Positions 13,399 through 26,583 of a stretch of DNA of 64,000 nt are shown one piece after another (position 1 is the first letter of the stretch; every line of letters starts with the position of its first letter). The stretch is taken from NCBI RefSeq assembly GCF_006345805.1, contig NC_043006.1, positions 41,044,001-41,108,000 of the forward strand. Reading direction: 5' to 3'. Origin of the DNA: Octopus sinensis. Lineage: Eukaryota. Both the position numbers and the translations under genes were made by a program. Below the pieces are notes generated by a model. It searched no databases. It saw only the letters and a list, made by a program, of their open reading frames with translations, and was not told the DNA's origin.

Positions 13399-14399
13399 TA
13401 TACTAAATTATCAACAAACTGACATTGATTGTTTAGTCACTGTGCATATTTTAATGATTCCCATTCTCAGTTTTTCCTTAAGTTAAATTCCAGATTCTCT
13501 TCTCCTTAAATAGTTTATGAAATTCAAAGTTTCATCATATCATGATTACCAACATGACTGTATGCATACTTATGAACTTATGTACAAATCTATGTTTGCT
13601 TGCACATACACATACATACATACATACATACATACATACATACATACATACATACATACATACATACATACATACATACATACATACATACATACATGTG
13701 TGCGCATACACATGTGTAGGTCTGAACACGTCACCAATTTTCCATCGTCACAAGACTTTCAGTAGATGGAACGACAAATGAAGTCACCATAAAGAAACAT
13801 CTGTATTCCACTGGATTATAGTAATAAACGCTTGTACAACATGCCCACCGCCCTCTGATTCTTCGTGAGGAGTCCCTAGCGACAGGCCGAAGAGAGATGA
13901 CCAATAATCATGTGAAACCGCAGATTTTTTACATAAGAGTGTCCTTCTCCCAGAAGAATGCTGTAATAACAATTATGAGACTCACTCCCTGTAGTTTAAC
14001 TAGGTGCTGTGACAACAACCAGGAGCTTCAGATCAGATGACAATCCACCTGAGCGTGTCTCCGCGCTCAGATAGATTGTTATCGGATATGCCAGCTGACA
14101 CATAGCTGGGATCCTGACAGTGGTTACTACTCCGGGATCGAATAGACCTGGAAACAATAGTGACTAAGAGAGGGTTCCACGCTCCTCAAAATCCTGAAAC
14201 ACCCGAACTAGAAGCCCACTAACGGATGCAGTTTGAAGTCATATCCATGTGATCGGTTTGAAAAATTGTTAAGATATTAAGTTATTTTCCTTAACATGAA
14301 ACCAATGGTAGCCTTAATACACAAATTAATTTTATCCACCAATGAGATGTTGAGCACTCATTCCCGTTGTTCGATATTTATACACACACATTTTAAAAT

Positions 14400-14805
14400 T
14401 TCTTCTCTTTTATTCTTTTACTTCTTTCAGTCATTTGACTGTGGCCATGCTGGAGCACCGCCTTTAGTCGAACAAATCGACCCTAGAACTTATCCGTTGT
14501 AAGCCTAGTACTTATTCTATCGTCTCGTATGCCGAACCGCTAAGTTACGGGGACGTAAACACACCAGCATCCATTGCCAAGCGATAGTGGCAGAGAAACA
14601 GAAAACTATGCACGCACACACACACATACACACGCACATATATATACGACGGGCTTTTTTCAGTTTCCGTCTACCAAATCCACTCACAAGGCTTTGGTCG
14701 GTCCGAAGCTATAGTAGAAGACACTTGCTCAAGGTGACACGCGGTGGGACTGAACCTGGAACCATGTGGTTGGGAAGTAAGCTTTTTACCATACAGCCAC
14801 TCCTA
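14400..14805 (-). mobile_element. SINE family A, full length
   Basis: Reverse complement of the 6901-7305 consensus. Confidence 0.9.
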
Positions 14806-15589
14806 TATATATATATATATATAGTTCAAATTTTACAGAAAACAAAATACGAAGACAGGTGTAGGAACAACAAGCAGGTGTATTAGTTAACGCTCGGGAA
14901 GAATGGAAAAGTCCTTGACGTTTCGAGCTTACACTCTTCGACAGAAAGGAGTGAGAGAAAAAAAAAAGGTAAAGTGGAGTGAGAAAAAAGATATGTAGGG
15001 ATTACCGGTTCATATATGCTCATACTCTTATGAGAACAGATACATGGATATAAAGGAAGATTATAAAGACAAACAGAGATAGTTATTTTTGATATGTAAG
15101 GAGGTAGAAAACGTTATGGATAAGAAGAAAGATGATGAAAAATGAAGCACGTAAATTGTAAGATACATTGATGGATAAATAGATAATTAAATAGATAGAA
15201 AGACAGACAGATAGACAGAGAGACAGACGGACAAGTAGAGAGACAGATAGATAAATAGAAAGATAGGTAGATAGTTGCAATAAGCAGTGATTGTCGGAAT
15301 TGTTATTTTACTAGAGTTCGTCCCTGATCGAGCAAGCTTTTGATCCAAGGCTTTCTAGCCGCGACTATGCTGTATGTACATTCGTATACATAGGGAGCCA
15401 AAGACAGTGAACTAGTAGATTATTTCTCACGTCAGGCAAAATGCTTAGTGGTCTTTCTTCCGGATCTTTACATTTCAAGTTCGAAATCCTACCGAGGTCT
15501 ACTCTGCCTTTTATACATTCGGAGCCGATAAAATAAAAGTAGCAGTCAAGTACTGGAAAGATGTAATCGGCTTGCCTCACCACCGTTTT

Positions 15590-16050
15590 TCCTTCGTGGA
15601 CCGGCGGGGTCTCTTGGGACCCCAGAAAATTTTAAAAGTTACGTAACTTTTACATTTTTTTTTATCTAAATCATTTTATATCTCATGACTTTTATTATCA
15701 ATAGTTTATGTATGCACGTACAAGTTATGAATTTAAAATTTCCAGTCATATGAATGTTATAGCATAAAATATGGTCATTGGTGTCCAACTGGGCGCCATT
15801 GGCCTTCTCTGAAATTTGTTTCTGTTCATTTTCAGATATTCTGATGGACTATAAGTCAATTTTCTTCGTATTTGTACTGGTATGAATCGATAAGCCAAAT
15901 AATTTTGTCTTATTTTATATTTAGTGCTATATGTATAGTTTATAAGACTAAAAAAAAAATACCGATTTCTTTAAATAAAGATTTTTTTTTCAGTCAATAA
16001 ATTATATTTTTAATTCCCCTCCATTAAACGATAATAATTACAAATATATA

Positions 16051-16132
<82 letters not shown>

Positions 16133-16521
16133 AAGTGCTAAATTTCTTGTTCTGCATCATGCACTCACGCATATATACAAGATTAAACAAATATTACTTT
16201 ATGGATAGTGTGCAAATGCGCAAAATTAAGGCGGCGAGCTGGCAGAAACGTTAGCACGCCGGGCGAAGTGCTTAGCAGTATTTCGTCTGCCGCTACGTTC
16301 TGAGTTCAAATACCGCCGAGGTCGACTTTGCCTTTCATCCTTTCGGGATCGATTAAATAAGTACCAGTTACGCCCTAGGGTCGATATAATCGACTTAATC
16401 CGTTTGTCTATCCTTGTTTGTCCTTTCTGTGTTTAGCCCCTTGTGGGCAATAAAGAAATAGGAAATGCGCAAAAACAAAATGGCTTTTTACGTAATTCCA
16501 ACCCCGCCGGCCCACGACGGG
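15590..16521. mobile_element. piggyBac-like non-autonomous DNA element, with (TA)n and a SINE B inserted inside
   Basis: 21-bp imperfect TIRs (tccttcgtggaccggcggggt / accccgccggcccacgacggg); right end GGG followed by TTAA, left TTAA decayed. Confidence 0.55.
16228..16461 (+). mobile_element. SINE family B, young full-length copy with probable TSD aaatgcgcaaaa
   Basis: aaatgcgcaaaa at ~16214 and ~16463 flanks a near-consensus copy. Confidence 0.9.
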
Positions 16522-16530
16522 TTAATATTT

Positions 16531-16758
16531 AATTCTTTATTGCCCACAAGGGGCTAAACATAGAGGGGACAAACAAGGACTGACAAACGGATTAAGTCGA
16601 TTATATCGACCCCAGTAACTGGTACTTATTTAATCGACCCCGAAAGGATGAAAGGCAAAGTCGACCTCGGCGGAATTTGAACTCAGAACGTAGCGGCAGA
16701 CGAAATACCGCTAAGAATTTCGCCCGGTGTGCTAACGTTTCTGCCAGCTCGCCGCCTT
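16531..16758 (-). mobile_element. SINE family B, full-length copy
   Basis: Near-consensus; flanked by duplicated gttaatatt. Confidence 0.9.
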
Positions 16759-17324
16759 GTTAATATTGATGACGGGTTAATATTGATGACTTTGAACCCC
16801 ACAATGGACTGGCGTTCCGTTCCGGGGAAAATGGAATCTCTATCACTTTTACATCTTGGAAACCCGGTAACCGCCCTTATGAATCGAGAAAAAAAATATA
16901 GAAAGAAAGAGTACATGTGGTCTGCATTATTCTATGCTTTTTCATCTAAGGGCGTGTAGTGTGAAGAAGATTAGGCTACTATTTCTAGCAGGTCGATCGA
17001 CCATGCGGAAGGACCTCGCCACGTTGCCTCCTGCAAATAGTCAGCAGTGTGTAGGTGTGGATGGTCACGGTTATATTAAGAATAATAAAAGAACAAGCAC
17101 AGCTATTCCAACTATTCACAGATCGTCCTTTTCCCTAACTACTTCCCCTTTCTTCTTGCTTTCTATTTTCTTCTTTCTCTATCTTCCCTTTCCACTCTGC
17201 TACTCTTATGGTCTTCTACACCTCTCAACCACCTCTTTTCCACAGACCCTACTTCACATTAATCATTCTATCATTAAGTAGTGGAAGTTAGGAAAATCGA
17301 AACCTTATGCCATCACCGCATGCC

Positions 17325-17640
17325 TTTACGCGGCCAACCAATTTGCTAGAAGTGGTAACCAAATCTCTCTCTCAAAACACCCATCATCATCTTAGGAAAG
17401 CAGATATTGGATAAGACTGAATGAGAAACAAACACACACACATACGATACATTGCTTAATGTAGGCCTGCTAGAAATAACTGCCAGAGCCTCTCAAATCG
17501 CTTGCTCGCCACAGTGAGTCATAAAAAATGAGGGCACATTGGCTAGAAATAACACATTTGTACATTGGTCTAACTAGGTCAATGTGGACTGACCTAGGTC
17601 TGAAGAACAACAACAACAACAAACAACAACAAACAACAAC
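17325..17640 (+). repeat. Old interspersed repeat (gctagaaatagcagccaaatctccctcaaatcacac family, (AAC)n tail); related pieces near 23690-24240, 41890-42070, 47590-47760
   Basis: Recurrent degenerate motif in both orientations. Confidence 0.5.
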
Positions 17641-17899
17641 AGTTGCAATAGCACACTAGCAATAACTTATAGCACACGAGGCTACAGCGGAACCTCTGTA
17701 TGGTTTCTTAACTTGCAAGAAACAACAACCAAATTTCCTGGAACGTCATTGATCGTGTGTGTACTTGAAGAAAGGCGAAGCTGTGACTGAACAGCATCAA
17801 AGACATACAACATAAGATATAATACATAATATAAGATTAACTGCATTCTGCAATGTAAAATTCTTCATACCACTCTCCAAATATTCCCAATACAATATT

Positions 17900-18258
17900 G
17901 GTGTGAGACCTTTAGGCACACTCGTTTTGGCGCCGCCTATTTGGCATCACTGATTCGACGCCGACTTATTTGACATCATTCGTTTTAATGTTTCGTTCTC
18001 TTCCGCGCCCTCTCTCTGCTTATGTATGTGAGTATATTTCATTATATGTGCATGAAGAGAGGAAAAGTGTTTACATCTATCCTGTCCAATTAACGAATTT
18101 TAATGTCTCTCTCCCTCTATCTCCCCATCTCTATGTGTATGCGCGCACCGGTATTTACCTCCAGTGCCAAAACCTACCGCTGCCGGAACAGATTTACTGT
18201 TCAGTTAGTCGTGCCAAATCACCTGTACCCAAACAGCTGCGCCCAAGCGTCTTATTCA
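17900..18258. mobile_element. Possible decayed MITE with subterminal ttggcgcc/gtgccaaa repeats
   Basis: Weak terminal complementarity (tgagacctttaggcac / gcgcccaagcgtctta) and mirrored internal motifs. Confidence 0.35.
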
Positions 18259-20059
18259 GATAAATATAATGTACCCTATTTCGTTTTGGGATTTGGTTTG
18301 TAAGATTCTTTTTGTGAGTTCGTGTGTTGAAGCATATTCTGTTGTGTCTGGGGAGACAAGACTATTGAAAAGGTTGCAAGACGCCACAAAAAGTTTAGGA
18401 AAGTAAAAATAAGGAATAAGTGGAAATTTTACCGGTGAGTGTGTTACATTATAAGGAGCAAAAAGAAAATGACTCTCCCCAGACACAACAGTATAATGTA
18501 CACACTTCACTATATAAAGCACAATATGGCGGAGAACTATATTGCAGTGTTTCTTCCGAGTTTAGCTTTTTCTTTCATCGAGGGTCGATGAAATGAAGTA
18601 CCAGTCAACTAATGGAATCAATGGTATTTACAAACCTCCTTCCCTTAAAACTGCTGTCATTGTGCTTAAATCAGAAACAATAAAACAGAAGAGTATAACC
18701 GTCGCTCGCAAGCAAGTATGTCATGGCAGCATATACGCTAGTTGCTTTAAGTAAGTATGCAGCCGCGAACATACATAGAATACACAGGCATCCTCTTGGT
18801 TCTTCCATCCTTGATTCAGGATGTGACAGCTGAAGGGTTAGGGAAATGCATCAGCACACAGCTGGCAATTATTTCAGCTAAGTGTAACAGCATTTAACGC
18901 AGTCCAGGACTCGAACATACGACTTTAGGATTGTGAGCTCGACGTCTTTACCCAATTGTTTATGCGCCTTCATAAAAAAAAAGACACATTACTTATTATC
19001 ATGAATGCTCCGAGACCATTTCGTCGCTTCGACCTATGAGAGTTCAGACAGACATAGCTTCACGGTGTTTTGCCGTGACGTCTCATACAAGAAATCAGGT
19101 CAATCTGGGATTTGCAAATCCGGCTTCAGATGTTGCAGAAGTGGTCTCCGTCATTTAGAAGAGACGCTGGTCTCTTTTCTCCTTCAGTGTGTCGATCGTG
19201 GCTGCTTCAAAGTCGGAGATAGCATGGTAGTAAGAGCTATTCAGTGATTCCCATTGACATGTCTTCAGGTTTATCTTTCACGTTTTCATGCAAGTCTTTA
19301 GAGAGTGTCCTTATAATGGAGCAGTGGTCCTTGGCACCAGAATTAAGCTGACTACAGAAAAGGGCTTTAGTTAATACATAACGAGTGTCTTCCATAAGTA
19401 CTTAATACTATACAACAAACGTATAGAACAGAATGTATACTACGCTATGCAATATACAATGATGCATGTAGATCAACAACAGTTCATATACAAGACGCAA
19501 GAAACCCTAGTTAAGCTATAAAGCATACACTATATTCCATCACAAGATCTAAACCTTGTTGCAGTTTGGCGGGATGTGTGCTTCAATAACCCCGTGAAAT
19601 TTGCAACGAAGCACAAGCTTCTGGTAGGGCCTCTGATACTGAACAGGTGAAAGAATAGAGGCAATGCTAATACAGACACCTCTTTCTAGAGGTTAAACTG
19701 AGTTTGCATAAAGCCATTATCTCTATCTAAAAGAAAGCAATGTTACAGAAGCATCAACGACAATACCCAACCGACAAAAACTGGGAGATCTTTTCTCAGG
19801 GAAAAGACAGCTCAGATTCGAGAACAGAGGGGAAAATGTCGTCAATGGACCATGCTTGACAGGAAGCAAAAGGTTTAAGAAAAGTAATTATACATCATAT
19901 ATTGGTTATCATACACATACCATGCAATATGTATTTTATACATAATTCAATAAAGACCACACAATGCATCATGTAATCTACAACACTGAATATAAAGAAA
20001 ACAAACTGTACAGTGGTTCATGTATATATTTCAACTGTGGCAAAATACGGAAATGCGAT

Positions 20060-20207
20060 CCCGGCAGTTCTATGTCCTGTCCTGAGTGTGGACAATCTTG
20101 AAAATCTTTAGCTGGATTCAAGTCACATCAGAGACACAAACACAAGTAATAACATCTGTACTAAACCTCCAGGTCCTCGTACGTCGAAATCGTCGAGAGT
20201 CCATCAT
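20060..20207 (+). mobile_element. RTE-like LINE extreme 3' end with a C2H2 finger
   Basis: SCPECGQS*KSLAGFKSHQRHKH then a short 3' UTR running into (TA)n. Confidence 0.55.
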
Positions 20208-20487
20208 ATATATTATATATATATATATATATAATATATATATGTTGTGTGGTGTGTGTTTGTGTGTATGTGTGTGTGTATTCATATATATATATATTAG
20301 ATATAGGTAAAAAATATTAATTTAATAATCAACAAATTTCACCAAGTAGCTTCGGAATGGAAAAAAACCCCATTATCAGTAAAAACTTATACAAAACGTT
20401 TTTTAAAAAAATGATTAATATAATTAAGGGATTAGCAAAAAGTTGCTTCACCACATACCGAAAATTTAGAAATAGCAGTCAATATAT

Positions 20488-20561
<74 letters not shown>

Positions 20562-20572
20562 ATATTATATAT

Positions 20573-20807
20573 ATTGCAGCGTGGAAGGTGTTTATAAGAC
20601 ATTTAATGACACACAAAAACCGTTAGATTAACATCAACTTAAATTTTGTCTGTGATCAGATCGCGGTCTCAAAGCAACGAAAATATTTTGACAATTAAAT
20701 TTAAATGTTGAAGTTAAATGGCTTATAAACACGTTCCACGCTGCAATTGTTTTTGTTTCAGCACACCGATCTCAGATTAGGTTACTTGGTATGCAGGTGC
20801 ATCTCTG

Positions 20808-20812
<5 letters not shown>
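20573..20812. mobile_element. PLE-type fold-back fragment, same family as 61083-61527
   Basis: attgcagcgtggaaggtgtttataag / cttataaacacgttccacgctgcaat arms; internal GTGATCA...GAAAATATTT motif. Confidence 0.7.
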
Positions 20813-20859
<47 letters not shown>

Positions 20860-20959
20860 TAAAAGCGGTAAGATAACAAAAAAAAATATATATTATTTAT
20901 ATTATCATATATGTATATACATCTATCTGTCTTATACATACGTATATACATCACACAAG

Positions 20960-21156
20960 TAAGAACATAAATACAAAATAGATGGAAAATAGCTCTCTAA
21001 TACCAAAGATAGAGTAATATCATTTTTATTAAAACCGAAAAAATCTTTATAAACTATTACTCAGAGTTTCACGTCACCGTTCGTCGCATAGTTGTGATCA
21101 TACTGATAACGGGAAACGTTGAGTAATAGTTTGTGAAGACTCTTTCGGCTTTAATA

Positions 21157-21160
<4 letters not shown>
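20960..21160. mobile_element. PLE-type fold-back fragment, same family as 1570-1791
   Basis: Shared tagagtaatat...ttactc.gagtttc.cgt..ccgttcgtc; degenerate inverted arm. Confidence 0.65.
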
Positions 21161-21196
<36 letters not shown>

Positions 21197-21228
21197 GTTC
21201 ATATATATATATATTATATATATATATA

Positions 21229-21612
21229 AGTTGTCCCAAACTTTGGTATCGAGAGTTACACAAATACTAGAACTGGGTGCCACTGCATAGTGCCAAGGAC
21301 TCCAAATTTGCCATCAAGATATAGGACAAGATACTGCGATAGCCTGGGCTTCAGAGGTCCGCAGCTCTTCAATATCCTCCCGAAGGACCTGAGAGACCTG
21401 CATGGGGTAGATGCGGATGTATTTAAAATAAAGCTGGACCTTTTCCTGTCAGGTGTCCCAGATGAACCAACTTCACGGCAGATGCATCAAACTCTCTCAT
21501 GCACCAAATGTCAATTGCTAAAAAGCATTCGTGAAGTAAAATCATGTAGCAACACCGAATGGCGGTGCCCTAGCATGGCCACAGCTCGTGAGCTGAAACT
21601 AGATGAAAATGA

Positions 21613-21615
<3 letters not shown>
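21229..21615 (+). mobile_element. CR1/Jockey-group LINE 3' end
   Basis: SLGFRGPQLFNILPKDLRDL...FKIKLDLFLSGVPDEP is a typical ORF2 C-terminus; the 3' UTR stem-loop is shared with the SINE A tail. Confidence 0.8.
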
Positions 21616-21650
<35 letters not shown>

Positions 21651-22514
21651 GAACGTACACAGACACATATCAAAGCCCCATTAACGCATCTCCTGGTCTC
21701 AGGACATGTCTATGATGAAAAACTTCCCAGACGTCACCATTCCGTGTATTTGCATTTCTATAAGAAAAAAAAAACAACTGAAGGCTCTTAGTGCGGATGT
21801 TGAAGACTAGGAACAAGTGACGGAAAATCAATCGGTTTGGAAAGAAGTGATTTACGATAGTTGTAAGGCATTTGAAACACGGAGGCTCAAACAACCCGTC
21901 TTGAAACGGACTTGGTCTCAACCCCAGACACTTATTGATCTGAAAAGGTTTGTAACATTTGTATTAGGACATGTCTGTCCAAAGGCGGACTTGCTAATCA
22001 TATGAAACTTCATGACGGCATTTACTAATGGAAGATATGGTCTACTTCTGTAAAGGAATGGCAATCAGTATAGGATGTCTCGGAACGAATGATATCTAAA
22101 GCAAACTGATCCGTCCAAAGATAAACACTAGCATTTATAGATTGATGCACAGCTTTGCAGCATTCAATAAATATAGTGTTGTCACTAATACACAACTGTT
22201 ACTTGATTATGCTGTGATGCGAAATGTTTTTGTTTGATCTTGAAACAGAAAAAAACTGTGCCAATTTATCTCGTCTTTTTCTATGACACGGTACATTCAA
22301 GATGACATTCTAAGGGTGTAGGATGTACGTTAACGGAAATTCGGCTGCTATTTCGAACAAGTTGAGTGACGTCGAAGGGGCGCCCTCATTTGCTCGTGAA
22401 ACGACTTTACAGAGCTTTATGTAGTTGGTCATCATTTATCTCTCTACTTGACATTGATAGATAAGTGTGCAGGGCATTCACGATCGAGGTAGGGATTGAG
22501 GTAGCTTTTCACGG

Positions 22515-22841
22515 TTAATCATTGAAGCCTGTTATTCGGCTAATGACAGATAAAACAAACTCAATGTACAATATATAAAAAATAGATAAACATATAAATA
22601 GAAAACAAATAAACAAATAAAAACAGCATTTAGAAAAACTAGTGAATGGACTGTATAAGTATAAGGAACTATTTAATCTCGTATTTCTTATGACGTTTGG
22701 AGAATATTTTTCTTGTGTGTTCAGACCTTCGTTAGAGAAGGAAAAGTTTTCTTTTTGTAGGGCGAGTTGGCTGGAAGAAACTTCGTTGATAGAAGGAAAG
22801 TTACAAACACTAAACACAAGCAAAAATATAAGAATTTTCAT
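22515..22841 (-). CDS. Speculative 108-aa ORF with a signal-peptide-like N-terminus and hydrophobic C-terminus
   Basis: MKILIFLLVFSVCNF...; good splice acceptor (tttctttttctgtcttgcattcAG) 48 nt upstream of the ATG; no recognisable homology. Confidence 0.25.
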   Translation of the reverse strand: MKILIFLLVFSVCNFPSINEVSSSQLALQKENFSFSNEGLNTQEKYSPNVIRNTRLNSSLYLYSPFTSFSKCCFYLFICFLFICLSIFYILYIEFVLSVISRITGFND

Positions 22842-23544
22842 TTAATCGCAGCCCGACCGTCCTACAAATGCATTTCTATGTCTTTGTCGCTGAATGCAAG
22901 ACAGAAAAAGAAACTTTGCTGTTATCTAAACAAGAATTCGTTTCAAAACATCAGTTTATTTTACTCCCGACGATATTCAGAGACCGCATACAAAAATGTT
23001 TTCAATCGATCCAAATTGAAGCCTCTAAGTTACTGTCGTTTAACCTTCACTTATTTTAATCATTGGATTGGAACCATGCTGGGATACTGTCTCGAAGGGT
23101 TTAATCGGACAAAGTGATTCCAATACTTATTTTCCTACGTCTAGTACTATCGGTCTCTTTTGAAGAACAGCCAACAACAGTTGTCAAGCGATGCACACTT
23201 AAACACAAAGAATATATACGGCGGATTCCGTGCAGTTTTCGTCTACAAAATTCATTTACTAGGTATTGCTTACTTCAGGGCTATAATATAATGCTAAAGT
23301 ATCGTGTAGTGAGATTGAATCAGAATCTATAGGGTTGCAAATTGAGCTTGTTAACCACAGCCATGCACAGCCTGTTAGAAAAAGGAGCTGAGTTCTTTGC
23401 TATTTACATCTTGTTCTCATAAAAAAAAAAGGACACCGGGACCCATCGGAGAATATTGTCATAGATATGCATTAAAATGGCGTATTAATGACTGGAAAGT
23501 GTTTTCTAGCATAGGCCTGCTCAGTTATGACTAACATGAAGCTA

Positions 23545-23652
23545 AACAAGAACAAAAACAGAGGCGGCAGCAATAACAGTAGCAGCAGTAACAACAACAA
23601 CAAAAACAATAATAGCAAAAACAACAACAACAGCAACAACGACAACAACAGT
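23545..23652. repeat. (AAC/AGC)n degenerate trinucleotide repeat
   Basis: Read directly. Confidence 0.9.
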
Positions 23653-24448
23653 GAACATATAATGAAGCAAGCCAATAAAGGTTCTTCCACGTGGGCACTT
23701 GTCCTACGAGTAGTAGCAACTAAATTTCTCTTAAATCACACCTATAATCTTAAGGCGGGCTGGTCACGGCTGGAACACCTTTGATCGTACGTCTTCTCCA
23801 TCGAAGCATCTTAATCAGCCACCATTTTCGTAGTCGTCATCGTCATTGTCATCACATCATCATCATCATAGTCGTCGACATTAACATCATAAGTTCATTC
23901 GCCCGTGTAACAACAATAGCAAATAGGTATGCAATATTTAGGAGACACCCTAGGCAGTCACAAGACGAGTTAGAAATAGCAGCTAAACTTCCATGAAGCA
24001 ACTATAGTCATTACATAGAAGGAAGGACACAAATAACGATCGATAAAAAAAGGCGGGAAAATCTTTGAGCATAGGTCGGCTGGGTTAGGTTTGACCAGGG
24101 TCTGTCTAGATACAAGCAGCAGCAGCACCACCACCACCAAGACCACGACCACGAATCGACTAGGCAGTTATCGCGGGGTCACATAACTTGTTAGAGAAAG
24201 CAGCCGAAGCCCGTCCAGGCGCAGCCCTTACAGTCTTAACATTAGATTTACGGGACAATTGAATGGAATGTCTGTGAATTACATACAACGTAACATATAT
24301 ATATTATATAATATATATATATATATATATATTATATATAATATATATATATATATATATATCTATATATATATATATTATATATATATCCACACATATA
24401 TATATATATTATATATATATGTGTGGTATATATATGTGTATATATATA

Positions 24449-24479
<31 letters not shown>

Positions 24480-24892
24480 ATTATGTGAAATAGAAAGATG
24501 AATAATCTTGTAGTAGATTATCAAAAGTTTAACCGATACCTTAGTAGCAAAAATCACAGCATTCAATCACCATAATGTTTATATATATATAAATTATATA
24601 TATATATATATCTATATATTTGTGTAGTTATGTATGTTCTTCAGGTCAGGCCCGTGGTTAAACGACAGCAATAACACGAACAACGGCAATAATAAAAGAA
24701 CCATCAACAAATACGAATGTAAAGAGAGAAGAAATATATGCAATATTACTTACAAGAATCCTAATATGGTCAGATTTCTTTCCGTCTCGAGATTACAGTC
24801 TTTATCTGTATCTCTGGTAGTCTCTTTTATATATATATATCTCTTTCTCTGTCTGTGTATACAACAACTAGTTATATGTACAATATATATAT

Positions 24893-24927
<35 letters not shown>

Positions 24928-25240
24928 TATATATCTGTATACATATGATCTCTATATGTACATATGCATGCTTGTTTGGTGCCTGTATTTATATACGTAG
25001 GTATTTTTCCATATAAGTACGTTTGTACGATATATGTAAAGTATATTTACGCGTATACTCTATGCATACGTCTGTGTATATCTATATTCATATATTTGTG
25101 TATGGGTGCGTATGTTGTGTGTATTGGCGTGTATGTGTATGTGTTGGTGCGTGTATAATTGTGTGTGTGCGTGTGTGTGTATGTGCATATATATAAAATT
25201 AGGTAAGTGTGTGTGATCTGTGCGTGTTGATGTTTGCACG

Positions 25241-25304
<64 letters not shown>

Positions 25305-25435
25305 TTTTTATTATTATTATTATTGTTTCATTCAACAGTCGCTCAAGTCACTACCCCCTCCGTCTGTCGCTGTTTACATACACGATGAAAACGTTTTATA
25401 ATTCGAATATGTGTGTACGTACGCAAGTATGTATG

Positions 25436-25466
<31 letters not shown>

Positions 25467-25725
25467 ACATAATATATATATATAATACATATATTTGAAT
25501 GATATATTTATGTAACCACATATTTGTATGTACGTGTATGTGTCTATGCATATACATACATGCAATGCATATACACACACGCATATATAGTATATATATG
25601 CATATATATATATGTATATATATATATGTATATATATGCATATATATATATGCATATATATATATGTATATGTATATATATTATATATATATATTATATA
25701 TATATATATATATAGTATATATATA

Positions 25726-25760
<35 letters not shown>

Positions 25761-25893
25761 AGCTCCTTGATAAAATTTCTCCAGAAAACAAATGACGATT
25801 TTTTTTTTGTTTTCGCTGGGGACTGTTTTGTTTCCCTTTATTTATTAATTTATTTATTTATTCCTGCAGTTATTATTATTATTATTATTATTA

Positions 25894-25933
<40 letters not shown>

Positions 25934-26184
25934 TGATTTATAGGTTTCGTTTCGTATATTTATTTTTTTTGTTAATAGCACTTTTGTTTGTTTTGTAATA
26001 ATACTTTTGCATGATATCATTGTTATACTTATTATTATTATTATATTATATTATTATTAATTATTATTATTATTATTATTAATGTTTTTAATTTATTACT
26101 TTTTGGTTATATTACTACTTCCCCCTCCCCTCACCACATCGCCCTTTTATCCTTTTTTGTTTTTTTCCCCTCCTCATCTCCATC

Positions 26185-26340
26185 CTCCGGATGAAGTACG
26201 TCACAGTCTAGGAGTGCAGAAGAGCGGGTTGGTGGTAAAGCGTAATGGCTGACGTAACGACGGGGTTGTGATGCCGCCCCTCCACCTGCCATCCGCTCCC
26301 ACATGGCATTTCATGGCAGCTTTACCATTGGTCGATGGGT
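26185..26340. promoter_or_regulatory. Candidate promoter: CpG-rich unique patch with two opposed CRE/ATF-like sites and a GC box
   Basis: TACGTCA 26197-26203, TGACGTA 26250-26256, CCGCCC 26274-26279; motif evidence only. Confidence 0.3.
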
Positions 26341-26583
26341 CTTATGTATTTTCCTCTCACCCTTTAACTCTACCATCACTGCTCCCTTCGTCATTCCCTC
26401 CATTTTACCAAATCTCCCCCTCCTCCTCCTCCTCCTCCTCCTCCTCCTCCTCCTCCACCGTTCTACCGTTCTACCGTTACGATCCACCACCACCACCTTC
26501 ATCATTCGCCGTCAAAACTTTAATCGCCGCCGCCGCCACCACCACCGCAACCATTCTGTAGCCACTCCCATTCAAGAGCCCCG

